A DNA stretch of 64,000 nucleotides from an uncultured Candidatus Saccharibacteria bacterium. Its GTDB lineage: Bacteria > Patescibacteriota > UBA1384 > CAILIB01 > JAUSJZ01. The notes beneath the pieces were generated by a model. The model searched no databases. It saw nothing but the letters and a program-made list of their open reading frames with translations, and was not told the origin of the DNA. This document shows positions 1 through 11,723 of this stretch, piece after piece. The DNA lies in contig CAYQWZ010000001.1 of NCBI GenBank assembly GCA_964421635.1, forward strand, positions 7,267 to 71,266, written 5' to 3'. The position numbers and the translations under genes were made by a program. The first letter of the stretch is position 1. Each line of letters opens with the position of its first letter.

Positions 1-1
1 T

Positions 2-1567
2 AATGACAAAACATCTGTAGATATCAAGATAGATGAGAAAAGAGCTGTTACGAGGCCACCGGTAGTTACAATTATGGGGCACATAGATCACGGTAAAACG
101 ACTCTTTTAGATAACATTCGCAGCACCAAAGTTGCTGAGAAGGAAGCAGGCGGCATTACACAGGCAATAAGTTCATATCAGGTTGTAACAGACTATGAAG
201 GAGAAAAAAGACAAATAACATTTGTCGATACTCCAGGCCATTCAGCTTTTGAAGCAATGAGAAAACACGGTGTTAATATTACCGATTTAGTAGTGCTTGT
301 TGTAGCTGCCAATGACAGTGTTCAACCACAGACTATTGAGGCTATTAAGCATGCCAGAAAACATAGTGTTCCTATATTGGTAGCAATAAATAAAATTGAT
401 CTACCAGATGCAAATATCGAAAAAGTAAAAAGAGATCTAGCAGATAATGATTTAGTTGGTGAAGAATGGGGTGGAAAAACTGTAACAGTTGAGATATCTG
501 CTAAGAAAGGAACTGGCATTAAGGAGCTACTTGAGAATATCCTTTTGTTAACAGATGTGATGGACTTAAAGTCTGAAGTTGATGTTGATGCTTCAGGTGT
601 TGTAATTGAATCACATATGGAAGCAGGGCTTGGGCCAGTAGCGGTTGTATTAATTCAAAACGGTACATTGAAATTAGCTGATCCTATAGTCATTGGCGAA
701 TCATACGGAAAAGTTAGATTAATAGAGAATCATTTGTTAAAGAAACTCCGCTCAGCTGGGCCATCAACTCCAGTTAGAATATCTGGAATATCAATGGTGC
801 CACAATTTGGCGAGAGAATGTTGAAAGTAGAGAATGAAAAGGAAGGTAAAGAGATTGCTCGAAAGAATTCTGTTTTGAATTCGTCTGAGGTACTAAGTAA
901 AAAATCCGAAGAATTATCAAAAAGTTCTAAAAAGGTTGGAGACACAAATGAACTGAATATCTTTTTGAAAGCAGACACCCGTGGTTCTCTAGATGCTCTA
1001 AAAAGTATGGCTGAGAATTTATCGAATGAAAGTGTGAAGATAAACATTTTGAAAGAAGCGGTAGGACAAGTATCAGAAGATGATGTTAAACAATCGGCTT
1101 CGTCTGGCGCAATAATTTTGATCTTTAATCTAAAGACTAGCTCAGTTATTAAGAAGCTATCAGATGAAATGGGAGTGTCTATTCAATCCTTTAATGTTAT
1201 ATATGAAGTAGAAAAGCTGTTAGCAAAAACAGTTGAAGATTTAATGCCAGAGATTGAGATAGAGGAAGTGATTGGAAAGCTAAAAATTTTAAAAAGATTT
1301 CGAGATAATAAGAAGAATATTGTCATTGGTGGTGAAGTCACAAAGGGTAAACTAGCGGTTGGTCAAGAAATAAAAATTATAGAAAAAGAGAAGGATATTA
1401 CAAAAGGAAAAATACTTGAATTAAGAGTTGGACAACAGAAAGTGGATAATGTTGAAGTTAAAAAAGAGTGTGGACTAGAGCTCTCAATTGAAGATAAATC
1501 TACAGAGGTTGAGGAAGGAATGAATGTAGTCGCCACAAAGGTTGCAAAAGTCAAAATGACAATCTAG
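2..1567 (+). CDS. infB: Translation initiation factor IF-2, C-terminal part (5' end lies outside the window; open frame runs from position 2)
   Basis: Frame is open from nt 2. The G-domain motif RPPVVTIMGHIDHGKTTLLD, DTPGH and NKID are all readable. Confidence 0.93.
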   Translation, partial: NDKTSVDIKIDEKRAVTRPPVVTIMGHIDHGKTTLLDNIRSTKVAEKEAGGITQAISSYQVVTDYEGEKRQITFVDTPGHSAFEAMRKHGVNITDLVVLVVAANDSVQPQTIEAIKHARKHSVPILVAINKIDLPDANIEKVKRDLADNDLVGEEWGGKTVTVEISAKKGTGIKELLENILLLTDVMDLKSEVDVDASGVVIESHMEAGLGPVAVVLIQNGTLKLADPIVIGESYGKVRLIENHLLKKLRSAGPSTPVRISGISMVPQFGERMLKVENEKEGKEIARKNSVLNSSEVLSKKSEELSKSSKKVGDTNELNIFLKADTRGSLDALKSMAENLSNESVKINILKEAVGQVSEDDVKQSASSGAIILIFNLKTSSVIKKLSDEMGVSIQSFNVIYEVEKLLAKTVEDLMPEIEIEEVIGKLKILKRFRDNKKNIVIGGEVTKGKLAVGQEIKIIEKEKDITKGKILELRVGQQKVDNVEVKKECGLELSIEDKSTEVEEGMNVVATKVAKVKMTI

Positions 1568-1627
1568 TTTGTGGATAAATAACTTGACTTAAATTATAGT
1601 ATGAGGTACTATTCTTAGGTCTAGGAT

Positions 1628-2683
1628 ATGTATTCCAACAATGAAGAAGAGCCTCCGTTAATCAATAAAGTTCTTCTACCAATTCGAAAATTTATTAGCC
1701 AAAAAGGCGAAAATCGTTGGGCAGCTTTTGAAGCTGTTTTTTATATATCCAAAAAGAGCTCAGAATTAATATATGTATTACCAATAGCCCTGGTTGCTAT
1801 GACTGTCTTATATAATGTCAATAACTCAAAATCATATGCGCAATCTCTGTCAGATTATGTAATTTTAGACCCAAAGACGAAAATTAACTCAATGCACGCA
1901 ATTGATCGTTTTAGCCCCTTTATTGAAGAAGCTGAGGATGCAGAGCCAATTGTCACAGCCGATATTACTCCAGAAGAGTTAGTGTTGACAAAACCAAACA
2001 TTATTAGAACTGATATTAGGCCTGAACCGCAAGAAGAAACTAGAACAAAAGTTGTGGTACATGAAGTTAAGGAAGGTGAAACTCTATCACAAATTGCCAG
2101 TAGCTATTCAGTAAGAGTAGCCTCAATTGAAGTAGAAAATAAAGAAATAAAAAATATTCATAGTCTAGCAATTGGAGACACTATTAAAATTCCACCGGAA
2201 GACTATTCGCAGGACTACATTGATCTGAAGCTTAATAAAAATAAAACTGTAGTTGCTACTACAAGTAGAACTGTTGTTACAAGAGATGTATCAGACGAAA
2301 GATATACAGATAATGGTCAACCAGCGTTTGCCAGGCCAGCTGGAGTTTTAGGTAGTAATGGTTACCATAGCTGGGCTGTAGATATACCGCCGTCTGGTGG
2401 CACTGCTATTTATGCATCCGCTGCCGGAGTGGTAACAGAGGTATCTACGGGTTGGAATGGAGGATACGGAACAAAAATCGTTATAGATCATGGTTCTGGT
2501 TGGAAAACACTTTATGCTCATTTGTCGTCTGTAAATGTATCGGCTGGACAAAGTGTTGCGGCTGGTTCAGTAATAGCAACTATGGGAGCTACGGGAAGGT
2601 GTTATCCAAAAGGTGCAGTTCATCTTCATTTTGAAATACAGAAAAACGGGTCTAAACTTAATCCTCTCAACTACTTAAAATAA
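1628..2683 (+). CDS. M23-family (LytM-type) metallopeptidase with LysM domain and N-terminal TM segment
   Basis: LysM-like stretch EGETLSQIASSYSV..IGDTIKIP. C-terminal M23 signature HSWAVDI..GYGTKIVIDHGSGWKTLYAHL..HLHFEI. Confidence 0.75.
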   Translation: MYSNNEEEPPLINKVLLPIRKFISQKGENRWAAFEAVFYISKKSSELIYVLPIALVAMTVLYNVNNSKSYAQSLSDYVILDPKTKINSMHAIDRFSPFIEEAEDAEPIVTADITPEELVLTKPNIIRTDIRPEPQEETRTKVVVHEVKEGETLSQIASSYSVRVASIEVENKEIKNIHSLAIGDTIKIPPEDYSQDYIDLKLNKNKTVVATTSRTVVTRDVSDERYTDNGQPAFARPAGVLGSNGYHSWAVDIPPSGGTAIYASAAGVVTEVSTGWNGGYGTKIVIDHGSGWKTLYAHLSSVNVSAGQSVAAGSVIATMGATGRCYPKGAVHLHFEIQKNGSKLNPLNYLK

Positions 2684-3666
2684 TGAACTTTGTTGATCGG
2701 GTAAATATTGAAATGGAGTCTGGCTCTGGTGGAGACGGTATGATTCATTTTTTGTCAGAAAAGTATAAGTCAAAGGGTGGCCCAGATGGAGGTGATGGGG
2801 GAAAGGGGGGAGATATAGTAGTCAAGGGCGATGAAAGTTTTCAAACCCTATCGCATCTAATTGGAAAGCAAAAAATAAAAGCGGAAGATGGAGAAAATGG
2901 GGGAACTAATAAAAAAAGTGGAAAAGCAGGTGAGGATACTATTATTAGGTTGCCCCTAGGAACGGAAGTTATTAATAGTAAGGATGAGGTAGTCTATGAT
3001 GTCAAAGATGAAAATGAATTCAAACTAATCAGAGGTGGCAGCGGTGGAAGAGGAAATTTTAACTTTGCATCCTCTACTCATCAGGTACCAAAGGTTGCTG
3101 AAAGGGGGCGTCATGGTAGAATCCTTAAGTTTAGACTAAATCTTAAATTATTAGCAGATATCGGTTTAGTGGGTTATCCAAATGTGGGAAAATCGTCCTT
3201 AATTAAGGTGCTGACTGGTTCAAAAGCTAAGGTCGCTAATTATCCTTTTACTACAAAAAACCCTAATTTAGGTATTTTGCGAGCCTACGACGAAGAATTC
3301 ATTATAGCTGATGTACCGGGGTTAATTGAGGGAGCTCATAAGGGTAAAGGATTAGGAGATAAATTTTTAGGTCATATTGAGCGAACACGAGTATTAATAA
3401 TGTGTTTAAGTGCAGAGTCAAAAGATTTAGCTGATGATTTAGACAAGTTGAATGTTGAACTTTATGAATATGATGTAAAATTATCTAAAAAACCGCAAAT
3501 AATTGTAGTTAGTAAAGCTGATTTATTAGACAAAGAGAGTGAAAATATTATTAAAGAGGAGTTAAAGCTGAAGAAGAATATTATATTTGTTTCATCTGTA
3601 ACAAAGAAGGGATTAGATAAACTAAAGCAAGCAGTCAAAAAAACATTTGACAAGTTTAAATCATAG
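2683..3666 (+). CDS. obg: GTPase Obg/CgtA
   Basis: Glycine-rich N-terminal Obg fold (GGDGGKGGDIV), G1 GYPNVGKSS, DVPGLIEGA. The start overlaps the upstream stop as TAATG. Confidence 0.9.
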   Translation: MNFVDRVNIEMESGSGGDGMIHFLSEKYKSKGGPDGGDGGKGGDIVVKGDESFQTLSHLIGKQKIKAEDGENGGTNKKSGKAGEDTIIRLPLGTEVINSKDEVVYDVKDENEFKLIRGGSGGRGNFNFASSTHQVPKVAERGRHGRILKFRLNLKLLADIGLVGYPNVGKSSLIKVLTGSKAKVANYPFTTKNPNLGILRAYDEEFIIADVPGLIEGAHKGKGLGDKFLGHIERTRVLIMCLSAESKDLADDLDKLNVELYEYDVKLSKKPQIIVVSKADLLDKESENIIKEELKLKKNIIFVSSVTKKGLDKLKQAVKKTFDKFKS

Positions 3667-3719
3667 TTGTAATATAAAAAAGTATTATTAGGGTGGATAA
3701 AATAGAAGTTACTTAATTT

Positions 3720-3741
3720 AGCTGTAGAAACAGCTCTTTTT
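3720..3741 (+). terminator. Intrinsic terminator-like hairpin after obg (AGCTGT-agaa-ACAGCT followed by TTTTT)
   Basis: Perfect 6-bp stem, 4-nt loop, then a 5-T run, immediately upstream of rpoB. Confidence 0.5.
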
Positions 3742-3761
3742 AAGGGCTGATTTTTGGTGTT

Positions 3762-6700
3762 ATGAACACAACAAGACGAATAATAGGTAAAACCACGGAG
3801 TCATCTTTGGAATTACCAAATCTAATAAAGGTACAAACTGATTCTTATGATTGGTTTTTAAAAGAGGGAATAAGAGATTTACTTAATGAGATCTCACCTA
3901 TTGAAGACATCACTGGCCGAAACTTGATTTTGACCTTCGATGATTTCAATTTTGAACAGCCAAAGGCAACTGCTGAAGAAGCACGCGATAAGAACTTAAC
4001 TTTTAAGGCTGGTTTGAAAGTCAGAGCAGTTTTGACAAATAAGGTTAGCGGGGAGGTTATAGAAAATGATGTCTATTTAGGAGAATTCCCAATGATGACA
4101 AAATACGGAACCTTTATTGTTAACGGAATTGAAAGAGTGGTGGTAAACCAAATTGTGCGCTCATACGGCGTACTCTTTGTTAAAGACTACAACAAAGGTA
4201 GAGATCTTTTTGGAGCAAAATTAATTCCATCTCGTGGTGCTTGGCTAGAGTTTGAAACCAGTTATAAAAATGTTATCTCGGTTAAGGTTGATAGAAAAAG
4301 AAGAATTCCTGTTACTACTTTTTTGCGAAGTTTAGGTTACAGCAAGACTGAAGAGATTAAAAAACTATTTAAAGATGTCGATAATCATCCTGAAAACAAA
4401 TATATAGAAACTACTTTAGAGAAAGACCCAGCTGAGAATCAAGAAGATGGTAGCGTAGAGGTCTATAAAAGAATTAGACCGGGTGATTTAGCTACTCCTG
4501 AAAACGCCAAAACCTTTATAGATGATATGTTCTTCCAGCTAAAACGCTACGACCTAGGAAAGGTTGGCCGCTACAAGTTTAATAAGAGACTTCAACAAGA
4601 TGTCGTAATAGATCAAAGTACTCGAATATTACGCAAAGAAGATATTGTTGAAATTGTTAAAGAAATTATTAGATTAAATAATACTCCTGGTTCTCAATCT
4701 GACGATATGGATAATCTTAGCAATCGACGAGTAAGAAGCGTTGGTGAATTAGTACAAGGAAGAGTTCGGGTTGGACTAATGCGAATGGAAAGAATTGCTC
4801 GAGATCGCATGTCTGTTTCAGATCTTGATACAGTTACCCCAGCTCAATTAATCAATGCTCGCCCAGTAGTCGCGGCTTTACAAGAATTTTTCGCTTCATC
4901 TCAGCTTTCACAATTTATGAATCAGACTAATCCTTTAGCCGAACTAGAGCACAAACGCTGTGTTACAGCTACCGGTGCCGGAGGATTATCTCGCGAAAGA
5001 GCCGGCTTTGATGTTCGTGATGTTCACTCATCTCACTATGGTCGTCTATGTCCAATTGAATCACCTGAAGGTCCGAACGTTGGTTTGGTGCAGTATTTAG
5101 CTTCTTACGCTCGCATTAATGAGTACGGATTCATAGAGACTCCATATAGAGTAGTCGAAAAGAAAGGTGGAAAATCAAGAGTAACAGATGAAATTGTTTA
5201 TCTTGATGCTAGTGAAGAACACAACCTAGTTATTGCCCCAGCTTCAGTAATTATTGACGACAAAGGATTTTTAACAGAAGAAAGATCTGCTGTTAGAAAG
5301 TATGGTGATAATGTAATTGATAAAATTGAAAATGTTACTCATGTTGATGTTTCACCAATACAAACCTTTTCAATTTCTACTAACTTAATTCCTGGCCTTG
5401 GAAACGATGAAGCAGCCAGAGCTATGATGGGAGCAAACATGCAACGACAGGCTGTTCCTTGTGTTATTCCAGACTCTCCAGTAGTTGGCACCGGTATGGA
5501 AGAAGAAGCTGCTATTGATTCAGGTGCATTAGTAATTGCCCAAGAATCAGGAACAGTTACTACCTCATCTGCTAGCCAAATTATTGTGAAAGGCAGAAAA
5601 CTAATCAAGTATCCTTTAATTAAATTCCTACGCTCGAACCAGGGTACTGTTATTAATCAAAGACCAGTGCAAAAGGTTGGCGACAAGGTAAAGAAGGGAC
5701 AAGTGCTAGCAGATTCATCGGCTACATCTAATGGTGAATTAGCACTAGGTCAAAATGTAATGGTCGCCTATATGTCTTGGGGTGGCTATAACTATGAAGA
5801 CGCAGTTATAATTTCTGACAAACTAGTAAAGTTAGATAAGTATTCATCCATTCATATTGAAGAGTATTCAATAGAAGTTAGAGATACTAAACTTGGTCCT
5901 GAGGTTCTGACTCGTGATATCCCTAATGTTTCTGAAGAAGCTTTGGCAAATTTAGACGACGAGGGTGTGGTTTTGAAAGGAGCTGAAGTTAATTCAGGAG
6001 ATATTTTAGTAGGTAAAATTACTCCTAAAGGCGAAACAGAACTTACTGCTGAAGAGAAGCTTTTACGAGCAATTTTTGGAGAGAAAGCGAAAGAAGTTCG
6101 CGATTCCTCGCTACGACTACCACATGGTCAAAAAGGAAGAGTGATTGGTGTTAAGAGATTTTCTAAAGACGCTGGTGATGAGCTTAATGCTGGAGTTCAT
6201 GAGGTAATAGAAATCACAGTTGCTCATTTAAGAAAGGTATCTGCTGGAGATAAACTTGCTGGACGACACGGTAATAAAGGAGTTATTTCAATTGTTGTTC
6301 CGCAAGAAGATATGCCTTTCCTACCCGATGGCACATCAATCGATCTTATAATGAATCCTTTAGGTGTAATATCTAGAATGAATCTAGGTCAAATTATGGA
6401 GACAACCCTTGGTTGGGCAGCTCACCAAAAGGGAGAAAAGATCGCAATCCCAGTATTCTCTGAATTTGATTCAACTACTTTAGAAGAAGAGCTTGGTAAT
6501 GTAGGATTACCAACAGACGGTAAGTCTGTTTTGTATGATGGAAAGACGGGTGAAAAATACGACCAAAAAGTTTTGGTAGGAATCAACTATGTAATGAAGC
6601 TGGTCCATATGGTTGATGATAAAATGCATGCTCGTTCAGTCGGGCCTTACTCAATGATTACTCAACAACCTCTTGGTGGTAAAGCACAATTTGGCGGACA

Positions 6701-7079
6701 GAGATTTGGAGAAATGGAAGTTTGGGCTCTAGAGGCGTACGGTGCGGCTCACACATTACAAGAAATGCTTACTATAAAATCTGATGACACTTACGGTCGT
6801 TCACGAGCCTACGAGTCTATCATTAAAGGTGAAAAGATTGAAAAACCAAGTGTCCCTGAATCCTTTAATGTTCTAGTTAGAGAATTAAGAGGATTAGCCC
6901 TAAATGTAGATTTGGTTGGCCAAGGAGATGTGGCCGATGAGGCAGAAAAATCTAGAAAGTTGCAGCAACAGGATTTAAAAAAGAGAGAGAAGAAAAGTGA
7001 TGATGTAACTACTACAGAGATTGCTAGCAATCAAGAAGTAATAGAAGAGCAAGAACCAATAGATTCTAAGGAAGAATAA
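3762..7079 (+). CDS. rpoB: DNA-directed RNA polymerase subunit beta
   Basis: 1105 aa with typical RpoB conserved blocks (GEFPMMT, NQRPVVAALQEFF, MGANMQRQAVP, GDKLAGRHGNKG). Confidence 0.97.
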   Translation: MNTTRRIIGKTTESSLELPNLIKVQTDSYDWFLKEGIRDLLNEISPIEDITGRNLILTFDDFNFEQPKATAEEARDKNLTFKAGLKVRAVLTNKVSGEVIENDVYLGEFPMMTKYGTFIVNGIERVVVNQIVRSYGVLFVKDYNKGRDLFGAKLIPSRGAWLEFETSYKNVISVKVDRKRRIPVTTFLRSLGYSKTEEIKKLFKDVDNHPENKYIETTLEKDPAENQEDGSVEVYKRIRPGDLATPENAKTFIDDMFFQLKRYDLGKVGRYKFNKRLQQDVVIDQSTRILRKEDIVEIVKEIIRLNNTPGSQSDDMDNLSNRRVRSVGELVQGRVRVGLMRMERIARDRMSVSDLDTVTPAQLINARPVVAALQEFFASSQLSQFMNQTNPLAELEHKRCVTATGAGGLSRERAGFDVRDVHSSHYGRLCPIESPEGPNVGLVQYLASYARINEYGFIETPYRVVEKKGGKSRVTDEIVYLDASEEHNLVIAPASVIIDDKGFLTEERSAVRKYGDNVIDKIENVTHVDVSPIQTFSISTNLIPGLGNDEAARAMMGANMQRQAVPCVIPDSPVVGTGMEEEAAIDSGALVIAQESGTVTTSSASQIIVKGRKLIKYPLIKFLRSNQGTVINQRPVQKVGDKVKKGQVLADSSATSNGELALGQNVMVAYMSWGGYNYEDAVIISDKLVKLDKYSSIHIEEYSIEVRDTKLGPEVLTRDIPNVSEEALANLDDEGVVLKGAEVNSGDILVGKITPKGETELTAEEKLLRAIFGEKAKEVRDSSLRLPHGQKGRVIGVKRFSKDAGDELNAGVHEVIEITVAHLRKVSAGDKLAGRHGNKGVISIVVPQEDMPFLPDGTSIDLIMNPLGVISRMNLGQIMETTLGWAAHQKGEKIAIPVFSEFDSTTLEEELGNVGLPTDGKSVLYDGKTGEKYDQKVLVGINYVMKLVHMVDDKMHARSVGPYSMITQQPLGGKAQFGGQRFGEMEVWALEAYGAAHTLQEMLTIKSDDTYGRSRAYESIIKGEKIEKPSVPESFNVLVRELRGLALNVDLVGQGDVADEAEKSRKLQQQDLKKREKKSDDVTTTEIASNQEVIEEQEPIDSKEE

Positions 7080-7080
7080 T

Positions 7081-10000
7081 ATGGCATATCAAAAAGAAAG
7101 AGATAATACGACAAACTTTAGCGCTGTTAAGTTAGCAGTAGCCAGTCCTGAAGAAATCTTACAATGGTCTTTTGGTGAAGTTTTAAAGCCTGAAACCATT
7201 AATTACCGTACTCAAAAACCTGAAAGAGATGGACTATTCTGTGAACGCATTTTTGGTCCTATTAAGGATTATGAATGTAGCTGTGGTAAATACAGAAAAG
7301 TTCGTTATCGTGGAGTTATCTGTGATAAGTGTGGAGTAGAAGTAACTAAATCTTCTGTCAGACGAGAGCGAATGGGTCATATTGATTTAGCAGCACCGGT
7401 TGCTCATGTTTGGTATATCCAAGGTGTTCCAAGTACGCTGGGCACAATATTGGGTATTTCTGTCAACGAACTTGAAAAGGTTATTTATTTTGCAGCCTTT
7501 ATAATTATGGGCGTTGACGAGGAAGTTAAGAAACAAGCAGTAGATAATTTAGAGAGAGAATATCAGGAGTTCAAAGATGCCGTACTTGGTAAAAGAAAGA
7601 AAGATGATGCATCTGATGAATTACTTAAAAAGCTAGACGAAATTGAGACTCAGTACAGAACTGAAAAAAGTTTGTTAGAGAGCCTAGATAAAACAAGAAT
7701 TATTTCGGAACAAAGATATCACGAACTGTCATTAAAATATGGACAGATTGTTGATGTGGGAATTGGAACAGAAGCTATATTAAAGCTGCTTAAGAATGTA
7801 GATATAGACAAAGAGATGAAAGATCTTGAAGATGTTATAGCAAATGCTGCACCAGTAGCTAAGAAGAAACTAATGAAGAGAATGAAGCTCTTCACAGATT
7901 TGAAAAGGGCAGGTATCAAACCTCACTGGATGGTTCTAGACAGACTGCCTGTAATACCACCAGATTTAAGACCAATGGTTCAGCTTGACGGTGGAAGATT
8001 TGCTGCGTCAGACCTAAACGATCTTTATCGTCGTGTACTTAACCGAAATAACAGATTAAAGAAACTCCTTAATCAAGGAGCTCCTGAGGTTATTACTAGA
8101 AACGAAAAACGCATGTTACAGGAAGCTGTCGATGCTTTAATTGACAATAATGCACGACGCGGAAAAGTTGCTGCCTCAACAAATGGAAAAAGACGGTTGA
8201 AGTCACTATCAGATATGTTACGCGGAAAGCAAGGACGATTTCGACAAAACCTACTAGGAAAACGAGTCGACTATTCTGGAAGATCAGTAATTGTTATTGG
8301 TCCCTACTTAAAGTTGCATGAATGTGGAATTCCAAAGGGTATGGCTTTAGAATTATTCAAACCAATGGTTATTAGCCGACTAATAAATGATGGTCACGCT
8401 CATAATGTAAAACAGGCCACAAGATTAATTGAGCTTTCTGAAAAATTAGTTTGGGATATTTTAGAAGGTATCACCAATGACCATCATGTCTTGCTAAACC
8501 GCGCACCAACTCTTCATCGCTTAGGTATTCAGGCCTTTAAGCCAGTTTTGGTAGAAGGAAAAGCTATTAAGGTTCATCCTAGCGTATGTCAAGCTTTTAA
8601 TGCTGACTTTGACGGAGACCAGATGGCTGTTCATGTACCTTTATCTGAACAAGCCCAAAAAGAAGCGGCTGAAATTATGTTATCCTCAAAAAACCTATTA
8701 AAGCCAGCGTCTGGTGACCCAATTTCAGGGCCAAGACTAGATATGACCCTAGGTGCTTATTATATGACTGGTATTAGCAAAAAAGCAAAGGGGGAAGGCA
8801 AGTGCTTCTCTAATTACAAAGAAGCAATTAGAGCATTTGAAGATGGTCATATAAGATTGCGTGCCCTAATTAAAGTACGCATAAATCAAAAAGGCGAGAC
8901 CAAATTAATAAAAACAACTGTTGGTAGAATAATTTTTAATCAAAGCATTCCAAAGGAATTGCGTTTTATAAACAAAGAGCTAGACAAGAAAGAGCTAAAT
9001 AGCTTTTTTACAAAGGCATTCAACAAGCTAGGGACAGATAAAACTGCAAAGCTAATTGATTCAATAAAAGATGTTGGTTTTAAGTTTGCTGAATTTTCAG
9101 GTATAACTTTCTCTATTTCAGATATCAATGACCCAGAGAATAGAGAAGAGATTTTAGAGAAAACAGAAGAGAAGATATCAGTTGTTGAGGGTCAGTTTAG
9201 AAGAGGTTTAATTACAGAAAATGAAAGATATCTTAAAACGGTTGAGCTGTGGTTTGAAGCACAATCAGAAATTGAGAAAAATCTCAATAAGAGCCTAGAT
9301 AATGATAATCCTGTAGTACAGATCTTTAAATCTGGAGCTAGAGGTTCTATGTCACAGATGCAACAAATTGCTGGTATGAAAGGATTAGTTGCTAACCCTG
9401 CTGGTAAGATTATTGAAATTCCAATTAAGCATAACTTTAAAAATGGCTTAACTGTCTTTGAATACTTTGTATCAACTCATGGCGCTAGAAAAGGACGAGC
9501 AGATACAGCCCTGAGAACATCTGATGCAGGATACTTAACTAGAAGATTAGTCGATGTTTCACAAGATGTAGTTATCGCTGAGACTGATTGTAAAACTAAA
9601 GAAGGAATTTATCTTTACGAAGAAGACTTTATCGAGCTTGGCGAATCCTTCGCTTCAGCTGTCACAGGTCGCCTCTTGTATCAAAATATTGGTGAGTTTA
9701 AGGTTGGAACAAAGATTACAGTAGACAATGTTGATCAAATTTTAAGTTTAGCTAAAGGTAAGGTACCTGTCAGAAGTCCACTTCGTTGTAACAGTACTTG
9801 GGGTATTTGCCAGAAATGTTATGGTGATGATCTTGCTTTAGGTACAGATGTTCGAATGGGAGAAGCAGTAGGAGTAATTGCAGCTCAAGCTATTGGTGAG
9901 CCGGGCACGCAGCTTACTATGAGAACCTTCCATACTGGTGGTGTAGCTTCATCTAGTGGAGATATTACTACTGGTTTACCACGTGTTGAAGAGTTATTTG

Positions 10001-10812
10001 AGGCGCGTACTCCAAAAGGTGTAGCTGCTATGGCAGAGATGTCTGGCCGTGTGAGTATCGAATTAGTCAATGAAGGAAAGAAAATTACAATCGCATCAAA
10101 AGCAGAAGCATCTGAGATTGTAAAAGTTACAAAAGGATTCGAATGGAATATCATGAGTGGAGACAAGATTAGAAGTGATCAAATTATAGCTAAGGGCGAT
10201 AAAGGAAAAGTAATTAGAGCGCCTTTTGGTGGAGTAATCACGATAAAGAGCAGAAACGGTAAGATAGATGGCATGAAGACGGTTGTTCAGGAGGATACCG
10301 TTGATGCTAATTTACAAGTATTAGTCAATGATGGGGATAATGTTGTAGCGGGAGATGCTCTGACTGAAGGCCATCTAGATTTAAAAAAACTACTAGAGTA
10401 TAAAGATAGAGAGAAGGTTGAAAATTATATTGTTAATGAAATTCAAAAGATTTATACAGCCCAAGGTCAACCAATTAACAACAAACACATCGAGATTTTA
10501 ATTCGCAAGATGCTTTCTAAAGGTCAAATTATTGACCCTGGAACATCAAAGTATATTGAAGGTGAGTTGATAGATACACTTGAGCAACTCGATGAAATTA
10601 AGAAACACAAAATTAAATACGAAGATATTTTACTAGGAATATCCAGAGTATCACTTAATACTTCAAGCTTTTTGTCGGCTGCATCCTTCCAAGAAACTAC
10701 TAATGTTTTGATGAAAGCAGCTATTAAAGGACAGAGAGATGACTTGAAGGGGTTGAAAGAAAACGTAATTATTGGTAAGTTAATTCCTGCTGGTACAGGA
10801 TTTAAATCATAA
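7081..10812 (+). CDS. rpoC: DNA-directed RNA polymerase subunit beta'
   Basis: 1243 aa with the [14 protein letters not shown] catalytic motif and a Zn-binding CxxC N-terminus. Start lies 2 nt after the rpoB stop. Confidence 0.97.
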   Translation: MAYQKERDNTTNFSAVKLAVASPEEILQWSFGEVLKPETINYRTQKPERDGLFCERIFGPIKDYECSCGKYRKVRYRGVICDKCGVEVTKSSVRRERMGHIDLAAPVAHVWYIQGVPSTLGTILGISVNELEKVIYFAAFIIMGVDEEVKKQAVDNLEREYQEFKDAVLGKRKKDDASDELLKKLDEIETQYRTEKSLLESLDKTRIISEQRYHELSLKYGQIVDVGIGTEAILKLLKNVDIDKEMKDLEDVIANAAPVAKKKLMKRMKLFTDLKRAGIKPHWMVLDRLPVIPPDLRPMVQLDGGRFAASDLNDLYRRVLNRNNRLKKLLNQGAPEVITRNEKRMLQEAVDALIDNNARRGKVAASTNGKRRLKSLSDMLRGKQGRFRQNLLGKRVDYSGRSVIVIGPYLKLHECGIPKGMALELFKPMVISRLINDGHAHNVKQATRLIELSEKLVWDILEGITNDHHVLLNRAPTLHRLGIQAFKPVLVEGKAIKVHPSVCQAFNADFDGDQMAVHVPLSEQAQKEAAEIMLSSKNLLKPASGDPISGPRLDMTLGAYYMTGISKKAKGEGKCFSNYKEAIRAFEDGHIRLRALIKVRINQKGETKLIKTTVGRIIFNQSIPKELRFINKELDKKELNSFFTKAFNKLGTDKTAKLIDSIKDVGFKFAEFSGITFSISDINDPENREEILEKTEEKISVVEGQFRRGLITENERYLKTVELWFEAQSEIEKNLNKSLDNDNPVVQIFKSGARGSMSQMQQIAGMKGLVANPAGKIIEIPIKHNFKNGLTVFEYFVSTHGARKGRADTALRTSDAGYLTRRLVDVSQDVVIAETDCKTKEGIYLYEEDFIELGESFASAVTGRLLYQNIGEFKVGTKITVDNVDQILSLAKGKVPVRSPLRCNSTWGICQKCYGDDLALGTDVRMGEAVGVIAAQAIGEPGTQLTMRTFHTGGVASSSGDITTGLPRVEELFEARTPKGVAAMAEMSGRVSIELVNEGKKITIASKAEASEIVKVTKGFEWNIMSGDKIRSDQIIAKGDKGKVIRAPFGGVITIKSRNGKIDGMKTVVQEDTVDANLQVLVNDGDNVVAGDALTEGHLDLKKLLEYKDREKVENYIVNEIQKIYTAQGQPINNKHIEILIRKMLSKGQIIDPGTSKYIEGELIDTLEQLDEIKKHKIKYEDILLGISRVSLNTSSFLSAASFQETTNVLMKAAIKGQRDDLKGLKENVIIGKLIPAGTGFKS

Positions 10813-10817
10813 CTATT

Positions 10818-11231
10818 ATGCCTACAGTTAATCAATTAATTAAGAATCCTCGAAAATCACCTGCTAATAAATTAAAGGTGCCTGCTTTGAAAACAACTTT
10901 TAATTCATTTAAAAGAAAGTCAATAAATAATAAGGCTCCCCAAAAGCGTGGAGTATGTTTAAAGGTTTATACCACGACACCTAAAAAACCAAACTCAGCT
11001 TTACGAAAAGTGGCTCGTGTAAGATTGTCAAATGGACAAGAAGTAACTGCCTATATTGGCGGTGAGGGTCATAATTTACAGGAGCACTCCGTTGTTTTGG
11101 TTAGAGGTGGTCGTGTAAAAGATTTACCTGGAGTTAGATATCATATTGTACGAGGTAAGTTCGACGCTTCAGGTGTCGAAGACAGACGTCAAGGAAGAAG
11201 TGCTTATGGTACTAAGAAACCTAAGAAATAA
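10818..11231 (+). CDS. rpsL: 30S ribosomal protein S12
   Basis: [48 protein letters not shown]. Confidence 0.97.
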   Translation: MPTVNQLIKNPRKSPANKLKVPALKTTFNSFKRKSINNKAPQKRGVCLKVYTTTPKKPNSALRKVARVRLSNGQEVTAYIGGEGHNLQEHSVVLVRGGRVKDLPGVRYHIVRGKFDASGVEDRRQGRSAYGTKKPKK

Positions 11232-11233
11232 TC

Positions 11234-11704
11234 ATGAGAGGAAAGCAAGCAAAGAGAAGAATAATTAAACCAGATATAAAATACAGTTCAGTGACTGTGC
11301 AGAAGTTAATAAATTATATTATGAACTCTGGTAAAAAGTCTACTGCCCAAAGAATTGTCTATGGAGCGCTAGATATTGCTGCTAAAAAATCAAAACAAAA
11401 ACATCTTGATGTGCTTAAAAAAGCAATTGACAATGTTGGGCCAACCCTTGAGGTCAAAAGTAGACGCATTGGTGGCGCTAACTATCAAATTCCGTTTGAG
11501 GTAAATTCAGAGAGAAAACTAGTCCTGTCATTAAGATGGATTGTAGATGCTGCTAGATCTCAAAAAGGCAAAAGTATGGAAGAATTGTTAGCAAGAGAAA
11601 TACTGAATGCCTACAAGGGTGAAGGAACAGCTATTAAAAAGAAAGATGACACTCAAAGAATGGCTGAAGCAAATCGAGCTTTTGCTCACTTCGCCAGATA
11701 TTAA
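11234..11704 (+). CDS. rpsG: 30S ribosomal protein S7
   Basis: S7 length and motifs; position in the str operon. Confidence 0.93.
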   Translation: MRGKQAKRRIIKPDIKYSSVTVQKLINYIMNSGKKSTAQRIVYGALDIAAKKSKQKHLDVLKKAIDNVGPTLEVKSRRIGGANYQIPFEVNSERKLVLSLRWIVDAARSQKGKSMEELLAREILNAYKGEGTAIKKKDDTQRMAEANRAFAHFARY

Positions 11705-11723
11705 AAAGCTCTAATAAAGATAA